Below are positions 55,841-64,000 of a stretch of DNA of 64,000 nt, piece after piece. The DNA is taken from positions 558,001 through 622,000 of the forward strand of contig VJWM01000044.1 of assembly GCA_010909165.1 (NCBI GenBank), given 5' to 3'. Position numbers and translations under genes: made by a program. Under the pieces are notes generated by a model. That model did not search any database. It worked only from the letters and a program-made list of their open reading frames with translations, and had not been told where the DNA came from. The first letter of the stretch is position 1. Every line of letters starts with the position of its first letter. The stretch is from Anthoceros angustus (taxonomy: Eukaryota; Plantae; Anthocerotophyta).

Positions 55841-57248
55841 ATGGAGAAATCGACGAAGGTCGGGTTGAGAATGCGGGCGACCGCGTTGCTGATGGCGGCC
55901 TTGGCCATCTCCATCTCCATGGCCGTGTGTGCGTGCGGGGGGCTCCACTGGCCGACGACCCGGATGCGGACTACCAGGCCTGGCTCAAGGCCATCCAAAG
56001 CGGAGAGAAGCAAGTCTACGATTTCTCCCAGAATCCTGGACTGGACGGCGTGGACGGCGACACCGGGTCGCTCGCCGGCAGCGGCGTCAAGCCCAAGCCT
56101 CCCCCCACGCTCAGCACCTTCATCACCGTGGCCCTGGACGGCTCCGGCGACTTCCGGTCGGTGCAGGCGGCAGTGGACGCCGTCCCCAAGGGCAACACCC
56201 GGCGCGTCACCATCTTCGTCAAGCCCGGATCCCAAGTAAGCGCGATTTGCGCGTTCTTGCGTCCCGTCACGTGACCTGAGCTGCACCGTTCCAGGGAGAA
56301 GGTGATCATCCCCAGCAGCACGCCCTTCGTCACGCTGCGAGGCGAGGACGCCAGGACGACGGAGATCGTGTGGGCGACACCGCGTCCAGCAGAGCGGCGG
56401 AAGGTGCTGAGCACCTTCGGCAGCGCCACCTTCGCGGTGAATTCCGACAACTTCGTGGCGGCCGGGATCAGCTTCCGGAACTCGGCGCCGCTGCAGGCGC
56501 CGGGGGCCGTGGGGAGCAGGCGGTGGCGCTCAGGCTGAGCGGGGACAAAGCAGCGCTCTGCTGCAAACGTCGTGGGCGGGCAGGACACGCTTTACGATCA
56601 CCAGGGCAGGCACTACTTCTACAACAGCTACATCGAGGATCGATCGACTTCATCTTCGGCGACGGCCGCTCGCTCTACCGTAAATGCCACCTTCACTCCG
56701 GTCGCCGAGACCTTCGGCTCGCTCACCGCCCGAAACGTCTCACTCCGACCGATGCCGGCGGCTTCTCCTTCGTGGGCTGCGTCGTCACGGGTTCCGGGTC
56801 CCTCTGCCCGCGCCCTACTCCCGTCGTCTACATCTATACCTTCATCGCCGACATCATCACTCCCACCGGCTGGAACGACTGGAACACTCCTGGCCGCGAC
56901 AAAGTAAGTCGGACTTCGATTCCGAGATTGCAAGCTTTTTCATGGAATTGCATCTCTCATGTCTTGGAGTCTAGTCCGCTCGCTGCCCCAGGGGAAATCG
57001 AACCACTGATCCCAAAGCCCCAGAGTTAACCCGGCTTCCAGCATGAATTGCATACAGCGAGAATGTGCGCTGATGGTGCCTTCCCCTGCAGGACTGTCTT
57101 CTACGGAGAATACGCCACCTTTGGCCCAGGCGCCGGCACCGCCAGTTCAGCCCACGTGGGCGAGAAGGCTCACCTGGAGGCCCAGGCTGCGCCCTTCATT
57201 GGATTCAGTTACATTGACGGCGACGAATGGCTTCCCTCCCGCACTTAG
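55841..57248 (+). CDS. Pectin methylesterase without PMEI pro-domain, copy 1 (frameshifted as given)
   Basis: Signal-peptide-like start; ITVALDGSGDFRSVQAAVDAVP, EKVIIP, STFGSATFAV, QAVALRLSGDKA, GQDTLYDHQGRHYF, GSIDFIFG, GWNDW, TVFYGEY; introns ~56236-56293 and ~56904-57091. Confidence 0.88.
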
Positions 57249-57599
57249 GTGGCTCTAAGCGAGCGTCGAACTCAAATATTGCCGTTCAATAAGGATGGCA
57301 GCAGCTTCTCCATGTTGAACGTTGTTTGCACAGCTCGCACATCCAAGGCCCTCTTAGTGTTGCTTTGTAACGTCTCTTCTACTAGCTAGTCATGCCTTTA
57401 CTACCTATCCATAATTCATTGATCCCCATTTTTCTTCGGTATCCCTGTCCTTGTCGGGCCACAGGTCTCGCTGCTAGAGCCTGTGCATCTGATGCAAATC
57501 TGAAAGGTTGCAATATCAGACAGACCTCTCCAGCATTTTGTGTCCCCTATCGCCTGATAGGTCCAGCGAGAGCGTGCTACTTTCACAAGCATGGGACAC

Positions 57600-57880
57600 G
57601 ACAGTTAGAAGCTATATCTCATCCTGGAGCACCTGAAGCTGAGGACGCGACTGAAGACGTTTTTCAAGGCGGTGATGCGATGGCACCTGCCGTGCCCCCG
57701 CCTGTTTCAGAACTTCGTCGGTCCACCAGGTCCAAACCGCCAAGATCTGAGTGGATTGAGCGTCTGTATGAGCCTGAGGACTTCCCAAACACTACGTCAG
57801 CAGCTGCTGTTAACCTGCCGGATCAACCTGTCACTCTGAAGCAAGCTTAAGGGCCTGAGAGTGCACAACGGCGAGCAACA
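57600..57880 (+). mobile_element. Copia INT-RT linker remnant downstream of PME (also ~59975-60240 and inverted ~62220-62495)
   Basis: LRRSTRSKPPRSEWIERLYEPED..QPVTLKQA resembles PRRSARIHRPRSEWLDPPYEPGD..TPLTYQEAL of the Copia at 41465-41797. Confidence 0.7.
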
Positions 57881-58367
57881 GTACAAGGTGTCACTCGAAA
57901 AGGAAGACATACAATTGTTATTATTCATGTTATGTCACGGTAGCTTCCTTCCTTCCTAGGAACATGTAGACCTAACAAGCAAAAGACAAAAAAGGCAATA
58001 TATTTTTAAAATGTAATTCATTAATATATTTAAGTAACAAAGCTGGCTTGAGGTGCTTTGCAAAGCTCCATGCATAGGCATGTTTAGAAGAGCAACTTAC
58101 TTGAGCATCAAGCAACAAATCGTGTCCAGGCAACCTGGCCAGCGAACGTTCATGATCAAGCAGAGCGCAACAGTCAGCCTGGGAGGCTGTAGCAAATAAT
58201 GTCTGCGCCACTGTTTCCTTGCGAATGCCGTTCGCCTTATAAGGAACGCTGGAGCAATGCTTTGTCCTCATCCACCTCTCCAGCTTCATCCTGGGCAATC
58301 CACATCGGAGGAGAGGCAGTGGAGCTGACCATTCCGACGAGATTTCAGTCGGAGTCCAGGGACCGCC

Positions 58368-59630
58368 ATGGAGAAATCGACGAAGGTCGGGTTGAGAATG
58401 CGGGCGACCGCCGCTGATGGCGGCCTTGGCCATCTCCATCTCCATGGCCGTGCGTGGGGCCTCACTGGCCGACGACCCGGATGTGGACTACCAGGCCTGG
58501 CTCAAGGCCATCCAGCGGAGAGAAGCAAGTCTACGATTTCTCCCAGAATCCTGGACTGACGGCGTGGACGGCGACACCGGGTCGCTCGGCAGCGGCGCGC
58601 CCAAGCCTCCCCACGCTCAGCACCTTCATCACCGTGGCCCTGGACGGCGACTTCCGGTCGGTGCAGGCGGCAGTGACGCCGTCCCCAAGGGCAACACCCG
58701 GCGCGTCACCATCTTCGTCAAGCCCGGATCCTGCAGCGCACCGCAATGCCGATTCTGCGTCCTGTCACGTGACCTGAGCTGCACCGTTCCAGGGAGAAGG
58801 TGATCATCCCCAGCAGCACGCCCTTCGTCACGCTGCGAGGCGAGGACGCCAGGACGACGGAGATCGGGGCGACACCGCGTCCAGCAAGAGCGGCGGAAGG
58901 TGCTGAGCACCTTCGGCAGCGCCACCTTCGCGGGCGGCGGCCGGGATCCCTGAACTCGGCCGCTGCAGGCCGGGCCGTGGCGGCAGCAGGCAGGCCCACA
59001 ACGCGAGCACAACGTGGCGGGCAGGACACGCTCACCAGGGCAGGCACTACTGGCCAACAGCTACATCGAGGATCGATCGACTTCATCTTCGGCGACGGCC
59101 GCTCGCTCTACCGTAAATGCCACCTCGCCGGTCGCCGAGACCTTCGGCCGCTCACCGCCCAGAAACGTCTCACCTGACCGGCGGCCTTCCTTCGGGTCTG
59201 TCACGGGTTCCGGGTCCCTCAGTCGGCCGCGCCTGGGGCCCCTACTCCGCGTCGTCTACATCTATACCTTCATCGCCGACATCATCCCGGCTGGAACGAC
59301 TGGAACACTCCTGGTGACAAGTAAGTCGGACTTCGATTCCGAGATTGCAAGCTTTTTCATGGAATTGCATCTCATGTCTTCAGTCTGCTCGCCCCAGGGG
59401 AAATCGAACCACTGATCCCAAAGCCCCAGAGTTAACCGGCCACCAGCATGACCGCAGCAGCGAATGTGCGCTGATGGTGCCTTCCCCTGCAGGACTGTCT
59501 TCTACGGAGAATACGCCACCTTTGGCCGGCACGCCAGCTGGCCTCACGTGAGCACCCCAGAGCTGCGCCCTTCATTGATTCGGTTACTGACGGCGACGAA
59601 TGGCTTCCTCCCGCACTTAGGTGGCTCTAA
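58368..59630 (+). pseudogene. Pectin methylesterase copy 2, heavily indel-corrupted
   Basis: Collinear with copy 1 but with many small deletions; may be low-quality sequence rather than a real pseudogene. Confidence 0.75.
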
Positions 59631-61009
59631 GCGAGCGTCGAACTCCAAATATTGCTGTTCCAATAAGGATGGCAGCAGCTTCTCCATGTTGAACGTTGTT
59701 TGCACAGCTCGCACATCCAAGGCCCTCTTAGTGTTGCTTTGTAACGTCTCTCTCTACTAGCTAGTCATGCCCTTTACTACCTATCCATAATTCATTGATC
59801 CCCATTTTTCTTCGGTATCCCTGTCCTTGTCGGGCCACAGGTCTCGCTGCTAGAGCCTGTGCATCTGATGCAAATCTGAAAGGTTGCAATATCAGACAGA
59901 CCTCTCCAGCATTTTGTGTCCCCTATCGCCTGATAGGTCCAGCGAGAGCGTGCTACTTTCACAAGCATGGGACACGACAGTTAGAAGCTATATCTCATCC
60001 TGGAGCACCTGAAGCTGAGGACGCGACTGAAGACGTTTTCAAGGATGCGATGGCACCTGCCGTGCCCCGCCTGTTTCAGAACCGTCGGTCCACCAGGTCC
60101 AAACCGCCAAGATCTGAGTGGATTGAGCGTCTGTATGAGCCTGAGGACTTCCCAAACACTACGTCAGCAGCTGCTGTTAACCTGCCGGATCAACCTGTCA
60201 CCTGAAGCAAGCTTAAGGGCCTGAGAGTGCACAACGGCGGCAGCAGTACAAGGTGTCACTCGAAAAGGAAGACATACAATTGTTATTATTCATGTTATGT
60301 CACGGTAGCTTCCTTCCTTCCTAGGAACATGGGCAAAGACACAAAAAAGGCAATATATTTTTAAAATGTAATTCATTAATATAGGTAACAAGATTATTTA
60401 TATGTTAGGCATGAGCAGCCCTATGAAGTGTGTGGTAGCACACTTAAAGCTTAGTAAGTAGTTACTAAGATTGTAGCTAGGGCTTGAGTATAAAAGGAGA
60501 CCTAGCCCCGGCTAAAGACAAGCAAGATCCTCCAAAAGCCTTGAGAGCACTTGTTGCTTGGGCTATGAGCACCTAAGGGAGTCTTGTGAAGGAGCTTTGT
60601 GGAGGAGGTCAAGTGAAGGGAGAACTAAGCTCCTAGCTTAGGCAAAGATGGGGAGTTCTCTCTGGCCCTCCATTTCATATGTTCTTGTTGGTGGCGTACT
60701 CCGGACGGTGTAGCTGTCGAAGGTCCTGCACTGGAAGATGTCCGGTGCCATTCTGTACCAGCTCTTCCTCAACAAGGTCCAAATCCGTAGCGATAATGTT
60801 TTTCTCCACTAAGCGCCTGAGCTCCCGGACCTCCGCCGCCTTCTTGGGTCCAGGCCTACATGTGGTTGGTATCTTTGCTTTGTGGTGGCAAGGATACTTC
60901 CGCTAAGTTCCGCTTGATGAGACGCACCGATTCGGGCGATGGTACGCTCGGAGAATGCAACAGAAAGAGAGGAGATGTTACTTGGTGGCCCCGCTTGCCG
61001 AAGCCGCTG

Positions 61010-62063
61010 CCGGTCCTCTGCGCGAAGTTCCTTCCTCCATTGTTCTCACAACCGGACCCGAAGTTCCTCTGCGGTCCTCTGCGGTCCTCTCGCTGTCCCT
61101 CTGCGCCAAAGTTCCTTCCTCCGCTGTTCTCACAACTTGCGGACCCGCCACGAAGTTCCTCTGCGGTCCTCTGCGGTCCTCTGCCGGTCCTCTGCGCCAA
61201 AGTTCCTTCCTCCGCTGTTCTCACAACTTGCGGACCCGCCTGTGGCTCTTCCACAGCGGCTTCGGCAAGCGGGGCCTTATCCTTCCGGCGGCGTACCCTT
61301 TCCACTCTACTTGGCTCAGTAGGATCTGCCATCTACACTAGCGTACTAGTTAAGGATGCCTCAACCTAGATGCTCTGATACCACCGAGTAACATCTCCTC
61401 TCTTTCGACGCCCAAGCGTACCTCCGAGCAGCCATCGCCTCCGAACTGTGTGCTCATCACTGCGGAACTTAGCGGAAGTATCCTTGCCCGCCACCTCACA
61501 CTGACATACCAACATGGCAGTCACGGGACCCAAGAAGTGCGGAGGAGCCACAGGCGCTTAGTGGAAAAACATTGTACCCTACGGTTTGGACCTTGGGCGG
61601 AGGCGGAAGAGCTGCATGAGAATGGCACTGGACATCTTCCGAGCGTGTGGACCTTGACGTCCTGCTGATCGAGAATCGCCCGATCAACAAGAACACTCTG
61701 AGCTGGAGGGCTAGAGAGAACTCCCATCTTTGCCTAAGCTAGGAGCTTAGTTCTCCTTCACTTGACCTCCTCCACAAAGCTCCTTCACAGGCCTCCCTTA
61801 GGTGCTCACAGCCCAAGCAACAAGTGCTCTCAAGGCTTTTGGAGGATCTTGAATCAATTGTCTTTAGCCTGTGGCTAGGTCTCCTTTTATACTCAAGCCC
61901 TAGCTACAATCTTAGTAACTACTTACTTAAGCTTTAAGCTATTATTTGCTACCACACACACTTCATAGGGTACATATGCTTAACATGCTCTTAGTAAGCT
62001 GCTCTTCTAAACATGCCTATGCATGGAGCTTTCTTACAAAGCACTCAAGCCAGCTTTGTTACT
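61010..62063 (-). mobile_element. 5' end of an LTR retrotransposon: LTR 62063-61387 (AGTAACA...TGTTACT), PBS 61383-61371, gag-like ORF from ATG 61332; degraded mirror LTR ~60383-60982 and LTR start at 58033
   Basis: Minus strand reads ..GAGATGTTACT CGG TGGTATCAGAGCA (tRNA-iMet PBS), then MADPTEPSRVERVRR about 40 nt later; 7-bp terminal inverted repeat; TATAAAAGG inside the LTR. Confidence 0.8.
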
Positions 62064-62832
62064 TAAATATATTAATGAATTACATTTTAAAAATATATTG
62101 CCTTTTTTGTCTTTGCTTGTTAGGTCTACATGTTCCTAGGAAGGAAGGAAGCTACCGTGACATAACATGAATAATAACATTGTATGTCTTCCTTTTCGAG
62201 TGACACCTTGTACTGCTGCTCGCCGTTGTGCACTCTCGGGCCCTTAGAAGCTTGCTTCAGAGTGACAGGTTGATCCGGCAGGTTAACAGCAGCTGCTGAC
62301 GTAGTGTTTGGAAGTCCTCAGGCTCATACAGACGCTCAATCCACTCAGATCTTGGCGGTTTGGACCTGGTGGACCGACGAGTTCTGAAACAGGCGGGGGC
62401 ACGGCAGGTGCCATCGCATCACCGCCTTGAAAACGTCTTCAGTCGCGTCCTCAGCTCAGGTGCTCCAGGATGAGATATAGCTTCTAACTGTCGTGTCCCA
62501 TGCTTGTGAAAGTAGCACGCTCTCGCTGGACCTATCAGGCGATAGGGGACACAAAATGCTGAGAGGTCTGTCTGATATTGCAACCTTTCAGATTTGCATC
62601 AGATGCACAGGCTCTAGCAGCAGACCTGTGGCCCGACAAGGACAGGGATACCGAAGAAAAATGGGGATCAATGAATTATGGATAGGTAGTAAAGGCATGA
62701 CTAGCTAGTAGAAGAGACGTTACAAAGCAACACTAAGAGGGCCTTGGATGTGCGAGCTGTGCAAACAACGTTCAACATGGAGAAGCTGCTGCCATCCTTA
62801 TTGAACGGCAATATTTGGAGTTCGACGCTCGC

Positions 62833-64000
62833 TTAGAGCCACCTAAGTGCGGGAGGAAGCCATTCGTCGCCGTCAATGTAACCGAATCCAATGAAGGGCG
62901 CAGCCTGGGCTCTGGTGAGCCTTCTCGCCCACGTGGGCCAACTGGCGGTGCCGGCGCCCGGGCCAAAGGTGGCGTATTCTCCGTAGAAGACAGTCCTGCA
63001 GGGGAAGGCACCATCAGCGCACATTCTCGCTGTATGCAATTCATGCTGGTGAAGCCGGTTAACTCTGGGGCTTTGGGATCAGTGGTTCGATTTCCCCTGG
63101 GGCAGCAGCGGACTAGACTCCAAGACATGAGAGATGCAATTCCATGCAAAAGCTTGCAATCTCGGAATCGAAGTCCGACTTACTTGTCGCGGCCAGGAGT
63201 GTTCCAGTCGTTCCAGCCGGTGGGAGTGATGATGTCGGCGATGAAGGTATAGATGTAGACGACGCGGGAGTAGGGGCCCCAGGCGCGGCCGAGGTAGAGG
63301 GACCCGGAACCCGTGACGACGCAGCCCACGAAGGAGAAGCCGCCGGCATCGGTCGGAGTGAGACGTTTCTGGGCGGTGAGCGAGCCGAAGGTCTCGGCGA
63401 CCGAGTGAAGGTGGCATTTACGGTAGAGCGAGCGGCCGTCGCCGAAGATGAAGTCGATCGATCCCTCGATGTAGCTGTTGTAGAAGTAGTGCCTGCCCTG
63501 GTGATCGTAAAGCGTGTCCTGCCCGCCCACGACGCTCACGTTGTAGAGCGCTGCTTTGTCCCCGCTCAGCCTGAGCGCCACCGCCTGCTGCCCCCCGGCG
63601 CCTGCAGCAGCGCCGAGTTCCGAAGCTGATCCCGGCCGCCACGAAGTTGTCGGAATTCACCGCGAAGGTGGCGCTGCCGAAGGTGCTCAGCACCTTCCCG
63701 CCTCTTGCTGGACGCGGTGTCGCCCCACACGATCTCCGTCGTCCTGGCGTCCTCGCCTCGCAGCGTGACGAAGGGCGTGCTGCTGGGGATGATCACCTTC
63801 CCTGGAACGGTGCAGCTCAGGTCACGTGACGGGACGCAAGAACGCGGAATCGGCGTACGGTGCGCTTACTTGTAGGATCCGGGCTTGACGAAGATGGTGA
63901 CGCGCCGGGTGTTGCCAGGGGACGGCGTCCACTGCCGCCTGCACCGACCGGAAGTCGCCGGAGCCGTCCAGGGCCACGGTGATGAAGGTGCTGAGCGTGG
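62833..64000 (-). CDS. Pectin methylesterase copy 3 (3' part; 5' end beyond the window), the least corrupted copy
   Basis: Uninterrupted VALRLSGDKAALYNVSVVGGQDTLYDHQGRHYFYNSYIEGSIDFIFGDGRS..YLGRAWGPYSRVVY..GWNDW, with both catalytic Asp residues and the LGRxW motif. Confidence 0.9.

Larger units (their letters stand above)
55527..60390. repeat. ~2.56-kb direct tandem duplication of the PME locus (unit 1 55527-58090; unit 2 from 58091)
   Basis: AGCAACTTACTTGAGCATCAAGC at 55527 and 58091; near-identical downstream ORFs 57392-57850 and 59795-60205. Confidence 0.92.
58600..64000. repeat. Large inverted repeat: left arm (to ~61010) mirrors 61254->64000; spacer ~61010-61250
   Basis: PME, Copia remnant and LTR appear in mirror order. 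Innermost arm match: GGCCCCGCTTGCCGAAGCCGCTG (60987-61009) is the reverse complement of ~61254-61277. The spacer holds ~85-90 bp tandem repeats. Confidence 0.9.

Noticed and set aside
60983-60995. TGGTGGCCCC as a tRNA-Ile PBS after the left-arm LTR
   Set aside because: Better explained as a deletion junction joining the spacer/PBS start to the mirrored gag sequence (61254-61277).

Overview
Eukaryotic nuclear DNA, most likely from a seed-free land plant with flagellated sperm. This is an inference from short GT-AG introns, plant-type SDC, DapF, FtsH3/10, PME and type II metacaspase, and the centriolar gene CCDC61/VFL3; a bryophyte such as a hornwort is plausible but unproven. 1-9 kb: 5' part of a type II metacaspase, a PDH E1-alpha pseudogene and decayed TE-like sequence. 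9-33 kb: a compact block of host genes (serine decarboxylase, DAP epimerase, CCDC61, MsrA, KDM5/PKDM7 JmjC demethylase, TTC39/IML2-like, FtsH3/10). 33-55 kb: nested LTR retrotransposons, including a full-length Copia with TA...TA ends and a GTACA target-site duplication inserted into a chromovirus-type Ty3/Gypsy integrase. 55-64 kb: three pectin methylesterase copies forming a tandem duplication and a multi-kb inverted repeat that folds back inside the gag of an LTR element. The most notable observation is two different LTR families, one anchored by a PPT and the other by a PBS, both ending AGTAA...TTACT instead of TG...CA. Caveat: several 1-2.6 kb microhomology-bounded tandem duplications, the fold-back and dense indels in repeats may be long-read or amplification artefacts. 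Coordinates and exon borders were read by eye and are approximate.
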